Below, piece after piece: positions 9,619 to 20,616 of a stretch of 64,000 bases of DNA. The stretch covers positions 1 to 64,000 of IMG/VR virus record IMGVR_UViG_3300025137_000028. One strand, 5' to 3'. The translations under genes and the position numbers were made by a program. The notes under the pieces are model-generated. The model did no database searches. It saw only the letters and a list, made by a program, of their open reading frames with translations, and was not told the origin of the DNA. This stretch comes from a virus. Every line of letters begins with the position of its first letter. Positions within the stretch are counted from its first letter, which is position 1.

Positions 9619-9795
9619 ATGATTAATACAGTAGAAAAAATATATAATTGGGAAAATAGATTTGTAAGTTATAAAGTTACTTTTGGTGATGGTAAAATAT
9701 CATTTGTATCATTAGATACAGAAAACAAAGATTACAAAGCAATTCAGACATGGGCAGCAATTGATGGAAATAATATTACAGACCCAGGAGAATAA
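9619..9795 (+). CDS. 58-aa putative fibre chaperone/partner
   Basis: Read by eye. Motif FVSLDTENKDYKAIQTW..DGN, directly after the fibre gene. Confidence 0.7.
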   Translation: MINTVEKIYNWENRFVSYKVTFGDGKISFVSLDTENKDYKAIQTWAAIDGNNITDPGE

Positions 9796-9829
9796 CATAA
9801 TGAACAGTAAAAATAATACTAAAAACTTG

Positions 9830-9837
9830 TATAAATA
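9830..9837 (+). promoter_or_regulatory. T4-type late promoter
   Basis: TATAAATA upstream of gp8. Confidence 0.8.
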
Positions 9838-9856
9838 TAACAAAGAATAGAGAATT

Positions 9857-11317
9857 ATGCCAGCAATAATAACAAATAAATTTAGAATACACAACTCAGA
9901 GCAGTTTTCTGAATCTTTTTCAGAATCAGCTGCCTCAGTGTATTATCTAGCTATGGGTAGATCGTATGCTTTTAGTACATCTACAAGACCAGACGGTAGA
10001 ACAGAAGCAGAGGGATCTGATACTTCAGCTCCTACACCAATAGATTCAATACAAGAAGAATTTTATTCTTTTGACGATTTCATGGCTGCTAAAAAAGTAA
10101 CAAGTAATGACGTATCTTTCTCTATACCGAGAAGAAACTGGACGACTGGCACAGTCTATGATTATTACAGACACGATTATGGTAATTTTGTTACAGGTGG
10201 TACAACAGTTCAATCAGCAAATAGTGGTGCTGTAACATTATTTGACGCTACTTTTTATGTAATGTCATCCGACTTTAATATTTACAAAGTTTTAGATAAT
10301 AATGGCAACGCTGCCTCAACAGTAGAACCATCAGGAACATCTAACTCTATTTTAACAACTGGTGACGGATACAAATGGAAATATATGTATTCTTTATCAG
10401 CTGCTCAAAGACAAAACTTTTTATCTACTGACTTTATGGCAGTAGCAACAAACTCAACAGTATCATCTGCTGCTACAGACGGTGCTGTAAATATTGTAAA
10501 AATTAAAACAGCAGGATCAGGTGGTTCTAACGGTTCACACACTAGTGTGCCAATTAGAGGCGATGGTTCAAGTGGCGCTGCTACTGTAACTGTATCAGGT
10601 GGAGCTGTGACGGCTGTAACTGTAACAAACGCAGGATCAGGTTACACATTTGCTTATATTAGAAACGCTGATATAGTAACTGCTGGTGCTACAAGTTTAT
10701 CAGGTTCTGAATTAGACGTAATAATTGAACCAAAAGGCGGACACGGATTTAATGCTGTAAAAGAATTAGGTGGATTTTTTGTAATGTGTAATGTTAACTT
10801 TGAAGGAACAGAATCATCTAACTCAGGTGACTTTACAGTAGGACAAGATTTTAGAAGAATTGCTTTATTAAGAGATATACAAACAAGTGGATCAGCTTCT
10901 ACAGCAACTACTTTAAGAGGTTCAAAAGCAATATTACTTGCTAGTAACTCTGGTAACTTTACAGTAGATGAAGAAATAAATCAAGCTTCAACAGGTGCTG
11001 TAGGTGTAGTTGTTGAATGGGATTCATCAAACAAAATTTTGTATTATGTACAGACAAGGCACAATGACGCAGGTGCCGATACAAATGGTAATCTAACAGC
11101 ATTTTCTGGAACAAATGGTATAACAGGTCAAAGTTCTAGTGCCACAGGTACACCATCTAGTTCAACTTCAACAGTTGACAGTGTATCTTTTTCTAGTGGC
11201 TATGCTGCTCCAGAAATAGACGCAGACACAGGTGATGTATTATACATAGAAAATAGATCGCCAATAACAAGAGCTGCCGATCAAACAGAGAACGTAAAAT
11301 TAATAATTGAGTTTTAG
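9857..11317 (+). CDS. gp8: baseplate wedge subunit gp8
   Basis: IPRRNWTTG, DGYKWKYMY, LYIENRSPITRAADQTENVKLIIEF. Confidence 0.92.
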   Translation: MPAIITNKFRIHNSEQFSESFSESAASVYYLAMGRSYAFSTSTRPDGRTEAEGSDTSAPTPIDSIQEEFYSFDDFMAAKKVTSNDVSFSIPRRNWTTGTVYDYYRHDYGNFVTGGTTVQSANSGAVTLFDATFYVMSSDFNIYKVLDNNGNAASTVEPSGTSNSILTTGDGYKWKYMYSLSAAQRQNFLSTDFMAVATNSTVSSAATDGAVNIVKIKTAGSGGSNGSHTSVPIRGDGSSGAATVTVSGGAVTAVTVTNAGSGYTFAYIRNADIVTAGATSLSGSELDVIIEPKGGHGFNAVKELGGFFVMCNVNFEGTESSNSGDFTVGQDFRRIALLRDIQTSGSASTATTLRGSKAILLASNSGNFTVDEEINQASTGAVGVVVEWDSSNKILYYVQTRHNDAGADTNGNLTAFSGTNGITGQSSSATGTPSSSTSTVDSVSFSSGYAAPEIDADTGDVLYIENRSPITRAADQTENVKLIIEF

Positions 11318-11326
11318 AGGAAAATA

Positions 11327-14300
11327 ATGCCAAGTCCAACTGACTTTAACCTCACGCCTTATTATGATGACTTTACTGAAAGTAAAAACTTTCATAGAGT
11401 TTTATTTAGACCAGCGTTTGCTGTTCAGGCGAGAGAGTTAACACAATCACAATCGATATTACAAAATCAAATTGAAAGATTTGGTGATCATATGTTCAAA
11501 CAAGGAGCTATGGTTATCCCAGGACAAGTCGGATTAGATACCTCATATTACGCTTTAAAATTAACTTCTAAATCAGCTGCTTCAATAAACACATATTTAA
11601 ATACAACATTAACAGGTGCTTCATCTGGTGTTGTTGCTGATATTGTAGGAGTTGCCGCTACAGACGGTACTGATCCTGATACACTATTTGTTAAATATAA
11701 TAAAACAGGTTCAAATAATACTGCTATAGAATTTACAGATGGAGAAACTGCCACATCAAGTGCTGACGGTTCACCAACAGTTGTAGTTGCTACAACACAT
11801 ACTGGTTCTGCTGTCGGAGTAAAACAAGGTGTATATTACATTAATGGATTTTTTGTTCAAATAGCTGACACAACACTTGTTTTAGATAAGTACACAAACA
11901 CACCATCTTACAGAATAGGATTTACAGTTACAGAATCATTTGTAAACCCAGCAGACGATTCAAGTTTAAATGATAATGCCGCTGGTAGTTCAAATGTAAA
12001 TGCTCCTGGTGCTCATAGATTTAAAATTTCATTAACACTTGCTAAGAAAACATTATCAAGTACCGAAGACTCTAACTTCTTTGAAGTAATGAGAGTTGAA
12101 GATGGTCAAATTAGATCACAAATAAGATCAACAGAATATAACGTATTAGAAGACACACTTGCTCGTAGAACATTTGACGAATCAGGTGATTATGTTTTAA
12201 CAAATCCAGATTTTGATGTTAGACAACATTTAAGTTCAGGTAATAACAGAGGTATATTTACATCTGGTAACGGTGGTTCTGAGGCAAAACTTTCAATAGG
12301 TGTTTCACCATTTAAAGCTTATGTAAAAGGTTATGAATCAGAAATTTTATCAACAACATTTGTTGATGTAGATAAAGCCAGAGATTTTGATACTCAAAAT
12401 AATAATAAAACAAGATTTAATTTAAAAAACTTTGTTAATGTTACAAACGTTTTCGGATCACCTGATATAGGTTTTGTATCTGGTGACGTTGAAGCATTTA
12501 AAAAAGTTAGTTTATATAAAGACCCTACAGTTGCTAGAGGTACGGAAGTATCTACAGTAGGTAATAATGTACCTACAATAGGTAGAGCAAAGTCTCGTGG
12601 TTTTGAATATGTAACAGGTAGTGAAACAGATGATATATTTGCTACAACAAATACTTACAGACATTATCTATTTGATGTAGAAATGTTTACTCATGTTGAT
12701 TGTATAGGTTCTGCTTCATACACAACAGGTGAAATAGTTTCAGGTGCTACTTCAGGCGCAACTGCTACAGTTATGGCTGCTACAGTTACAAGATCAGTTG
12801 CTATAACTTCAATAACTGCTTCTAATACAGACATGTCCGGAACATTTACTACAGCTGTTGTAACTTTAAACAATCACGGTTTAGTAGACGGACAACAAAT
12901 TAATGTATCAGGTGGTTCTTTTCAAATAGACTCAACTGCTTACACTGAAGGAACTTTTACTGCTAGAAATACTACAACTAATACATTTGAATTGTTTGAC
13001 GCAACTGGTGATGATCCTGGGATGAACGTAACTTCATTCTCTTCAGCACCTACAATAAAACATACAACACTTGTTTTAGCAAACGTAAGTGGATCATTTA
13101 GTGCTGGTGAAGTTATTACAGGACAATCTTCTAACGCTTCTTTATCAAGTCAGGCAGATAGAATTGGATTTAAAGCTGTAACTAGTTTTGACTTTAATCA
13201 AACTAAACAAATTGGTATGGCAGGATCACCTACTTATACTGCTGACACAGTAACAAATTCAACTTATGGATCAAACACTGATTTAACAGGTCAAATTTCA
13301 ATAGCTGCCTCTGGTCAAACATTATTTGGTAAAGGTACTTTATTTAATTCAGAATTAAAAATTGGTGACAATGTATCATTTGTTAATGACGCAGGTACAA
13401 CTATTAACAAAAGAATAAAATATATTCATTCTAATATTAAGGCACAAATAGATTCAGCAGTAACTAGTAGTGATGAAACAACTGGTTCGCCTATAACAAG
13501 AAAAAGAGCAAAATTACAAAATCCTGAAAATAATATTTCATTATTTAAGTTACCTAACATTACAATTAAAACTTTAAAAACAACTGATAACTCAGGCTTA
13601 ACAGATACTAACTTTGGTGTAAGAAGACACTTTACAGGTACTTTATCATCTAATGGTGATGTAACGATTACAGCTGGTACTAACGAAGTATTTTCTTCTC
13701 AGTTAGAAAAAGATATTACAGCAACTGTTATGACAACAGGCTCTGGTGGTACTGGTGCTATAGGTGATGTATTAAATACAAGTGGTAATAACCACGAAGG
13801 TGACGCTATCTATAACTTAGGTGGTTCGCCAACAGGCAAAACTTTACAATTAGATTTTGGTGCTAACTTTGCTGGTCATAAAGTAAAAATTTTAGCAACA
13901 GTAAGTAGATCAGTTGCTAACTCAAAATCAAAAACATTAAATTCAAGTTCAACAGTAAATATTACTTCACAATCTTTTATAGAAAACGGAATATTAGGAT
14001 TAGGAAAAGCAGACGTTAAGACAATTAATAATGTTTACATGTCTCCAGCATTCGGTACAACTGCTACAACTTCACATACAGACGTTACAGATAGATTTAG
14101 TTTAGATACAGGTCAAAGAGATAACTTTTACGATATAGGAAGAATTAAATTAAAACCAGGTGCTTTAAAACCTACAGGTGAATTATTAGTTAATTTTGAT
14201 TTCTTCTCTCATGGTTCTGGCGATTACTTTGATGTTGATTCATATTCAGGTGTTGTAGATTATGAAGATATACCTAGTTACACATCTGATACATCTGGTA

Positions 14301-17300
14301 AAAAATTTGAATTAAGAGATACAATAGATTTTAGACCTAGAGTTGATGACGCTTCAACAGTTCCAGGTAATACTTCAGGTTCAGATTTTGAAAGAAGTTA
14401 TGATGGTACTGGTTCTGCTTCACATGATATTGTAAAATTTGATACAGACGTTACAACAGATTTTGAGTTTTACTTAAACAGAATAGACAAAATTTTTATC
14501 ACTAGAGAAGCTAAAATAAAAATATTAAAAGGTGCTTCAGCATTAAATCCTTTAGTGCCAGGCGATTTAGACGGACATTTACATTTAGCAACTTTAGATA
14601 TACCTAGTTATACATTAGACACAAGAGACGTTATTGTAACTGAACAAGACAATAGACGTTTCACTATGAGAGACATAGGTAATTTAGAACAAAGAATACA
14701 AAACGTTGAATACTATACTCAACTTTCTTTATTAGAAGCTAGTGCTCAATCTTTACAAATACAAGATTCAAATGGTTTAGATAGATTTAAAAACGGATTT
14801 ATCGTTGATAACTTTACTGGTCACAATATAGGTGATGTAGGTAATAACGATTATAAAATTTCTATTGACAGAGGTAGAGGTGAAGGAAGACCTATGTTCA
14901 ATGAAGACATTATTGAATTTGAAGAAGTTGATGATGACGGTACAGCGATAGTAGCAGCTGATAGAACAGCAGCTAGTTATCAAAAAACTGGCGATTTAAT
15001 TACACTACCTTACACAGAGGTAACTGCTATAGATCAACCATTAGCAACTAAGACAGAAAATTTACAACCATTTATGATTTTCAATTGGATAGGTAGTATT
15101 GAATTAGATCCACCATTAGATGAATGGAAAGAAACTAATAGAGCACCTGAGTTAGTTGTTAACATGAATGGTACTTTTGATAACTTGGCTATATCCAGAG
15201 GTTTAGATAATACTAATATTACATCAATACCTTTCGGTACAGAGTGGAATGAATGGCAAGATCAATGGACAGGTAATCCTAGAACGACTAGCAGACGGAT
15301 AGGAAATCAAATTACTACAACAAGCACAGTTGATGTAGTTCAAACAAGAGGAGGAATTAGAACAAATATAATTCCTCAAACTCAAAGACAAAGTTTAGGT
15401 GATAGAGTTTTAGCAGTTAACTTTGTACCATTTATTAGAAGTAGAGATATTACTTTTACTGCTCAAGGTATGAGACCAAACACAAGAGTTTTTGGTTTCT
15501 TTGATAATATAGACGCTTCAACTTATATAACTCCTAGTGGGGGATCGTTAGGTGGTAATGTAGTTACAGATTCAAACGGTGCCGTAACAGGTACTTTTTC
15601 TATACCTGATCCAACAGTTGACGCAAATCCAAGATGGCGTACAGGTACAAGAGTATTCAGATTAACAAACTCATCTACAAATGCTGATTTAACATCTTCA
15701 AGTACGGCAACATCTGCTGAAGCAGATTATGTTGCTAGAGGTTTACAAGAAACTGTAGGAGATGTAGTTGTTTCAACTAGAGAGGCAAGAGTTGTTAGAA
15801 CAAATGTATCTGATACAAGTAGAACAACTAGAATTACAGGAAGATCAGTAAGAAATGTACCTAATCCAGATCCACTAGCTCAATCATTTTTAATAGATGA
15901 TCCAGAAGGTATTTTTGTAACTAGTGTTGATTGTTTCTTTGCTACTAAATCAACTACTATACCTGTTAAAGTTCAACTTAGAACAATGGTAAACGGTTAT
16001 CCTAGTGATGAATTATTACCATTTGCTGAAAAATATTTAAATCCTGGTTCAGTAAATACTAGTACAGACGGAACAAGTGCTACTACATTTACATTTGATT
16101 CACCTGTTTACTTAAAAGAAGGTACTGAATATTGTTTAGTATTAAAATCTGACTCAGACGATTATACTACTTACGTTGCTAGATTAGGTGGTACTAATTT
16201 AAGTTCAGATAGAACAGTATCAAAACAACCTGCTACAGGTATCTTATTCAAATCAGCAAACAATAGAACTTGGAATGCTGAACAATTAGAAGATTTAAAA
16301 TTCAAATTAAAAAAAGCCTCGTTTACAACAAACACAACAGGTACATTAACTTTAGCAAATAAAGATAATCCTGTTAGAACATTAGGCACAAATCCATTAA
16401 GAACATTTAACGGTACAGGTCTTATCAGAGTATTCCATAAAAATCACGGTTTACATTCTACAAGTGATAATGTAACTATTGCTGGTATATCTTCAGGCAC
16501 ATACAACGGTATTGCTCATAGTGCTATAAATGGTACATATACAAGTATTTCAAACATCACATTAGATAGTTACGATATAACGACTGGCGGTACTGCCAAT
16601 GCGACTGGTGATGTAGGTGGTACAACTGTAACAGCAACGGAGAATAGACAATTTGATGTTTTACAATTACAATTAGGAACGATTACTCAACCTGATACTA
16701 CTTTAACTACAACACTTAGAACAACAAGCGGTAAATCAGTTCACGGAACAGAAACACCATTTACTGTACAAAGTTCTTCAAACGCTACAACAGTTGTGTT
16801 AAAAGATAACATTTACTTTAATGAACCTAAATTAGTTGCTAGTTCTATAAATCAAACTAACGAAATGTCAAGTTCTAAATCTATGTTTGTAAATGTATCT
16901 TTAATAACTACAAAAGCAAACGTATCTCCTGTTATTGATTTAAAAAGAGTTAATGCTTTTGCTATACAAAACAGATTAAATAATCCTTCAGTTTCATCAA
17001 CTAATACATTTACAGGTGATGGTTCAACAACAGGATTTACACTATCAGGCACACCAACAAGTGTTCACATATTGTCAATTAAAAAAGACGGATTAAAATT
17101 ACAACCTGTTGATGACTTTACAGTTTCAGGTACAACTTTAACAATGGGTACAGCACCAGCAAGTGGGGCAAAAGTAATTGCTAAAATTACAAATACGGTA
17201 GACTTTGAAGAAGATACAGCAATAGAGGGTGGATCATCTGCTGGTTCTTACTTAACAAGACCAATAAATTTAGAAAATCCATCAACTGCTTTAGACATAA

Positions 17301-17605
17301 GAATTGCTGCTAGTATAAGAACAACATCTAGTTTAAAAGCTTTCTTTAGAATTACAGGTGGTGAAGTAACTGAAAGAATAGAAGATATAGAATATACGCC
17401 GTTTAATACAGACGGTTCATCTGATACAACAATCACACCAAGTGAAAATGATCAAGTATTAGATGATGAATTTAAAGATCATAAGTTTTCTGTATCAGGT
17501 TTACAAGAATTTACATCTTTTCAAATTAAATTTGTATTCACAGGTACTAACTCTTGTTTACCAGCAAGAATTAAAGATTTAAGAGGTATTGCTTTGGCGG
17601 TTTAA
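11327..17605 (+). CDS. large virion structural protein (VrlC-like / DUF4815-type)
   Basis: PYYDDF, RVLFRP..AVQARELTQ.Q, APGAHR, RFKNGF.VDNF, DPLAQSF. Confidence 0.85.
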   Translation: MPSPTDFNLTPYYDDFTESKNFHRVLFRPAFAVQARELTQSQSILQNQIERFGDHMFKQGAMVIPGQVGLDTSYYALKLTSKSAASINTYLNTTLTGASSGVVADIVGVAATDGTDPDTLFVKYNKTGSNNTAIEFTDGETATSSADGSPTVVVATTHTGSAVGVKQGVYYINGFFVQIADTTLVLDKYTNTPSYRIGFTVTESFVNPADDSSLNDNAAGSSNVNAPGAHRFKISLTLAKKTLSSTEDSNFFEVMRVEDGQIRSQIRSTEYNVLEDTLARRTFDESGDYVLTNPDFDVRQHLSSGNNRGIFTSGNGGSEAKLSIGVSPFKAYVKGYESEILSTTFVDVDKARDFDTQNNNKTRFNLKNFVNVTNVFGSPDIGFVSGDVEAFKKVSLYKDPTVARGTEVSTVGNNVPTIGRAKSRGFEYVTGSETDDIFATTNTYRHYLFDVEMFTHVDCIGSASYTTGEIVSGATSGATATVMAATVTRSVAITSITASNTDMSGTFTTAVVTLNNHGLVDGQQINVSGGSFQIDSTAYTEGTFTARNTTTNTFELFDATGDDPGMNVTSFSSAPTIKHTTLVLANVSGSFSAGEVITGQSSNASLSSQADRIGFKAVTSFDFNQTKQIGMAGSPTYTADTVTNSTYGSNTDLTGQISIAASGQTLFGKGTLFNSELKIGDNVSFVNDAGTTINKRIKYIHSNIKAQIDSAVTSSDETTGSPITRKRAKLQNPENNISLFKLPNITIKTLKTTDNSGLTDTNFGVRRHFTGTLSSNGDVTITAGTNEVFSSQLEKDITATVMTTGSGGTGAIGDVLNTSGNNHEGDAIYNLGGSPTGKTLQLDFGANFAGHKVKILATVSRSVANSKSKTLNSSSTVNITSQSFIENGILGLGKADVKTINNVYMSPAFGTTATTSHTDVTDRFSLDTGQRDNFYDIGRIKLKPGALKPTGELLVNFDFFSHGSGDYFDVDSYSGVVDYEDIPSYTSDTSGKKFELRDTIDFRPRVDDASTVPGNTSGSDFERSYDGTGSASHDIVKFDTDVTTDFEFYLNRIDKIFITREAKIKILKGASALNPLVPGDLDGHLHLATLDIPSYTLDTRDVIVTEQDNRRFTMRDIGNLEQRIQNVEYYTQLSLLEASAQSLQIQDSNGLDRFKNGFIVDNFTGHNIGDVGNNDYKISIDRGRGEGRPMFNEDIIEFEEVDDDGTAIVAADRTAASYQKTGDLITLPYTEVTAIDQPLATKTENLQPFMIFNWIGSIELDPPLDEWKETNRAPELVVNMNGTFDNLAISRGLDNTNITSIPFGTEWNEWQDQWTGNPRTTSRRIGNQITTTSTVDVVQTRGGIRTNIIPQTQRQSLGDRVLAVNFVPFIRSRDITFTAQGMRPNTRVFGFFDNIDASTYITPSGGSLGGNVVTDSNGAVTGTFSIPDPTVDANPRWRTGTRVFRLTNSSTNADLTSSSTATSAEADYVARGLQETVGDVVVSTREARVVRTNVSDTSRTTRITGRSVRNVPNPDPLAQSFLIDDPEGIFVTSVDCFFATKSTTIPVKVQLRTMVNGYPSDELLPFAEKYLNPGSVNTSTDGTSATTFTFDSPVYLKEGTEYCLVLKSDSDDYTTYVARLGGTNLSSDRTVSKQPATGILFKSANNRTWNAEQLEDLKFKLKKASFTTNTTGTLTLANKDNPVRTLGTNPLRTFNGTGLIRVFHKNHGLHSTSDNVTIAGISSGTYNGIAHSAINGTYTSISNITLDSYDITTGGTANATGDVGGTTVTATENRQFDVLQLQLGTITQPDTTLTTTLRTTSGKSVHGTETPFTVQSSSNATTVVLKDNIYFNEPKLVASSINQTNEMSSSKSMFVNVSLITTKANVSPVIDLKRVNAFAIQNRLNNPSVSSTNTFTGDGSTTGFTLSGTPTSVHILSIKKDGLKLQPVDDFTVSGTTLTMGTAPASGAKVIAKITNTVDFEEDTAIEGGSSAGSYLTRPINLENPSTALDIRIAASIRTTSSLKAFFRITGGEVTERIEDIEYTPFNTDGSSDTTITPSENDQVLDDEFKDHKFSVSGLQEFTSFQIKFVFTGTNSCLPARIKDLRGIALAV

Positions 17606-17606
17606 T

Positions 17607-17828
17607 ATGAGTTTAATTAAAGTAAAAAATTTTGATAGTTTAGGTAGAGATATTAGAAGTGGTGCTATTGTTAATACAAATACAAGTGAATATAGTTTAT
17701 ACATGAATAGATTAAAACTAAGAGAACAACAAAATGATAAGTTAAGAAACGCTTGTAAAGAAATAAATACTTTAAAGATAGAATTAAGAGAAATAAAAAA
17801 TTTATTAAAAAAGGTAGTAGGTAAGTAA
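17607..17828 (+). CDS. small coiled-coil protein
   Basis: ATG start 17607. L.RD..SGAIVN motif followed by heptads. Confidence 0.8.
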   Translation: MSLIKVKNFDSLGRDIRSGAIVNTNTSEYSLYMNRLKLREQQNDKLRNACKEINTLKIELREIKNLLKKVVGK

Positions 17829-18376
17829 TGGCTGTAAGATCAGTAGGAACAAATGATACACTAGAAACGTTTAGAAGTACGTTTAATAGTCACGCAACAG
17901 ACACAGGTGATCTATCTAATTTAAATACAACTGACTCAAGTTCGTTAGTTGCTGCTATTAATGAGGCAAAAGCTGGTACATCTACATTTACACTTAGAGA
18001 TACGTCATCATCTACACAAACAATAACAGGTGGTGATACACTGAACGTTGAAGGTTCAGGTGGAGTATCTATGACAGTTAGTGCTACAGACACATTAACT
18101 GCCTCTTTAGACTCAACAATCACAGGTTTAACAAGTTTAACTTCAACTGCTTTAGTAGGTAGTACATCTGTTACAGCAGGAACATTATTTTTAACTGAAA
18201 ATAGAATTAGAACAACTGATAGTTCGATATTGAATTTACAAGATATTATTGGAGTAACAAGTGCTGGTGCGATAAGTGGCGTATCTACTTTAGAAGCTTC
18301 TTCGGATATCACTATAAATAGTATAAGTGTGGCAACAAAACCTTTCGCTATCGCACAAGCAGTAGCATTAGGATAA
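17828..18376 (+). CDS. virion fibre-like protein
   Basis: DTLETFR..FN, L.T...SSLVAAINE, C-terminal FAIAQAVALG. Confidence 0.75.
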   Translation: MAVRSVGTNDTLETFRSTFNSHATDTGDLSNLNTTDSSSLVAAINEAKAGTSTFTLRDTSSSTQTITGGDTLNVEGSGGVSMTVSATDTLTASLDSTITGLTSLTSTALVGSTSVTAGTLFLTENRIRTTDSSILNLQDIIGVTSAGAISGVSTLEASSDITINSISVATKPFAIAQAVALG

Positions 18377-18415
18377 TAAATAAAGATAAATAGTAACAAA
18401 TAAAGGTAATTAACA

Positions 18416-18784
18416 ATGGCTAACGATTTTAAAAGATTCGCTGTACCTAATATAGCAACAGCAACAGGTGCCTCAGGCAATGCTGTCTATACAGTACCAG
18501 CTGGCGCAAGTTCAAGTGCTTTAGAATCTATCGTAATCGGAATAACAATCTGTAATAAAAACTCCTCAGAGAGAACAGTAGGTATATTCTTAGATAACGA
18601 AGATGGTTCTAATGACGTGTATATTACAAATGGATTAAAAGTTCCAGGTAATACTACAGTTGAGATCATGCAAGGTAATAAATTAGTTCTACAAAACGAT
18701 GGTTCAAACGCTGACGTTTTAAGAGCTGAAGCTTCAGCAGGTTCTTCAATTGACGTAACAGTTTCAGTATTAGAAGACGTATAA
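18416..18784 (+). CDS. virion structural/adaptor protein
   Basis: MANDFK...YTVP...IVIGITICN beta-rich protein in the tail cluster. Confidence 0.75.
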   Translation: MANDFKRFAVPNIATATGASGNAVYTVPAGASSSALESIVIGITICNKNSSERTVGIFLDNEDGSNDVYITNGLKVPGNTTVEIMQGNKLVLQNDGSNADVLRAEASAGSSIDVTVSVLEDV

Positions 18785-18796
18785 TAGGGATTCACA

Positions 18797-19039
18797 ATGG
18801 TAAGATATATAAATGGAAAAGATAGACCTACAGAGGTCAATACAAGACAGAATACAGGTGACGGTTCTACAACTGGTTTTACTGTAACACAAGGTATGAC
18901 TGCTAATAAAGTAATAGTTTCTGTAAATGGTCTAGTACAAGAATCTTCTAACGATTTTTCAATCTCAGGCACTACATTAACTTTTGGTACGGCACCAAAC
19001 AGTGGGGATGACGTTAACATAATAGAATTACCAGTATAA
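18797..19039 (+). CDS. small virion protein (stand-alone TGDGSTT beta-domain)
   Basis: Homologous to domains in 7523..8482 and 11327..17605. Confidence 0.75.
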   Translation: MVRYINGKDRPTEVNTRQNTGDGSTTGFTVTQGMTANKVIVSVNGLVQESSNDFSISGTTLTFGTAPNSGDDVNIIELPV

Positions 19040-19049
19040 GGATTAAACA

Positions 19050-20585
19050 ATGGTTCAAAAAATAAGAAGTAATCAAACAGATTTTACAAGTGATGATGAC
19101 GCTATATTAATACCTAAGGGTACTTCAGCACAAGGCTCTACAGTAACGGCAGGTGCTCTAAGATATAATACAACAACAGGTAGACTAGAAGTAGCCGATG
19201 GTTCTGCTTACGTTGGTGTAGGTATAGAAATTCCTACAATTACTAGTGTTAGCCCTACAAACATAAACGCAAATGTTGACGGTGCTACAACAGACGTTGT
19301 TGTTACAGGTACAGGTTTTACAACAGGTGCTGTTGTTAAATTTATTGGTAATGACGCTTCATCTGTTACAGCAACTACAACAACAAGAAATTCAGCAACA
19401 CAATTAACTGCTCGTGTTACAAATGCTAACTTAGCTTCATCAAAAGAACCATTTGATGTTAAAGTTGAATTAGTTGAAGGTGTACAGACACAAATAGACA
19501 ATCAAATTTCAATTAACGCTACTCCTGCTTTTATTACATCTGCTGGTTCTTTAGGATCATTTGAAGATGATGAAAGATCAGGTATCAGTATAGTAGTAGG
19601 GGCAACAGACGAAGAGTCTGCTGGTCCAGTTTTATTCAGAGTAGCAACTGGTGATTCATTACCAGCTGGTTTAGCTTTAACAAGTAATGACAATGATACT
19701 TGTACAATCGCTGGCGACGCTACAGCAGTAGATGACGATACTACAACAAGTTTTGACATTGAAGCTTCAGACGCTGCTTCAAACGTAACAACAAGATCAT
19801 TTACAATCGCTATCCTTGCTAATAAATCTCAACAATTTAATGCTAACGGTACATTTGCTGTACCAACTGGTGTTACTGCTGTTCAGTTATTAGTTGTAGG
19901 ATCCGGTGGTACTGGAGGAACAGGTGGCGGAGGCGGTGCTGGATTATGTTTCACAAACTCATTCTCAGTTTCCCCTGGTGGTACAGTAGCTGTTACAGTT
20001 GCTGGACTAAACAATAATAGACAAACATTCCCAGCCCCTAATACTCAATCTCGTGGTGCTTCAGGTGACTCATCTGTATTCAATACGACTGTAACTGCCA
20101 TTTCTGGTGGCGGTGGCGGAGGTCCAGGTGGGCAGAATGACGCACAGTTACCAGGTAAAGACGGTGGATCAGGCGGCGGAGGCGGAGCCACGGGCGGTAA
20201 AGGTGGTTTCTATTCTGGTGGTCAAGGTACACAAGGTGCTTCTGGTGGTGTTCCAGGTTTTGGTAATGACGGTGGTGCTGGTTCAGGTACAGGAAATAAC
20301 GGAACAAATGGTGGCGGTGGCGGAGGTGCTGGTGCTGCTGGCGGTAACGCAAATGCTTTACAAAACTCAAAAGGTGCTGGCGGTGACGGTAAACTATTTA
20401 ATATAGCTGACGGTTCAACTAACGTTGGATACGCTGGAGGTATGGGTGGTTCTACTACTAGTACAGCCTTTGGTGCTGTTAACCCAGGTAGTCCAAACAC
20501 AATGACTGATCCTCAACACGCAAACAGAGGTGGTGCTGGAAGCGGACAAGCCGCTGCTGGTGTTGTTATTGTTCGTTGGTCATAA
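19050..20585 (+). CDS. fibre protein with IPT/Ig-like domains and glycine-rich C-terminus
   Basis: GALRYNTTTG, PTITSVSP..GTGF, LPAGLAL and GGGG runs. Confidence 0.8.
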   Translation: MVQKIRSNQTDFTSDDDAILIPKGTSAQGSTVTAGALRYNTTTGRLEVADGSAYVGVGIEIPTITSVSPTNINANVDGATTDVVVTGTGFTTGAVVKFIGNDASSVTATTTTRNSATQLTARVTNANLASSKEPFDVKVELVEGVQTQIDNQISINATPAFITSAGSLGSFEDDERSGISIVVGATDEESAGPVLFRVATGDSLPAGLALTSNDNDTCTIAGDATAVDDDTTTSFDIEASDAASNVTTRSFTIAILANKSQQFNANGTFAVPTGVTAVQLLVVGSGGTGGTGGGGGAGLCFTNSFSVSPGGTVAVTVAGLNNNRQTFPAPNTQSRGASGDSSVFNTTVTAISGGGGGGPGGQNDAQLPGKDGGSGGGGGATGGKGGFYSGGQGTQGASGGVPGFGNDGGAGSGTGNNGTNGGGGGGAGAAGGNANALQNSKGAGGDGKLFNIADGSTNVGYAGGMGGSTTSTAFGAVNPGSPNTMTDPQHANRGGAGSGQAAAGVVIVRWS

Positions 20586-20616
20586 AAAATTAATTATATA
20601 ATAATAGGAGTATATT

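Noticed and set aside
19900-20585. GGT/GGC-rich stretch as a repeat array or foreign island, and overlapping ORFs 20080, 20107 and 20222
   Set aside because: Explained by the glycine-rich domain of 19050..20585.
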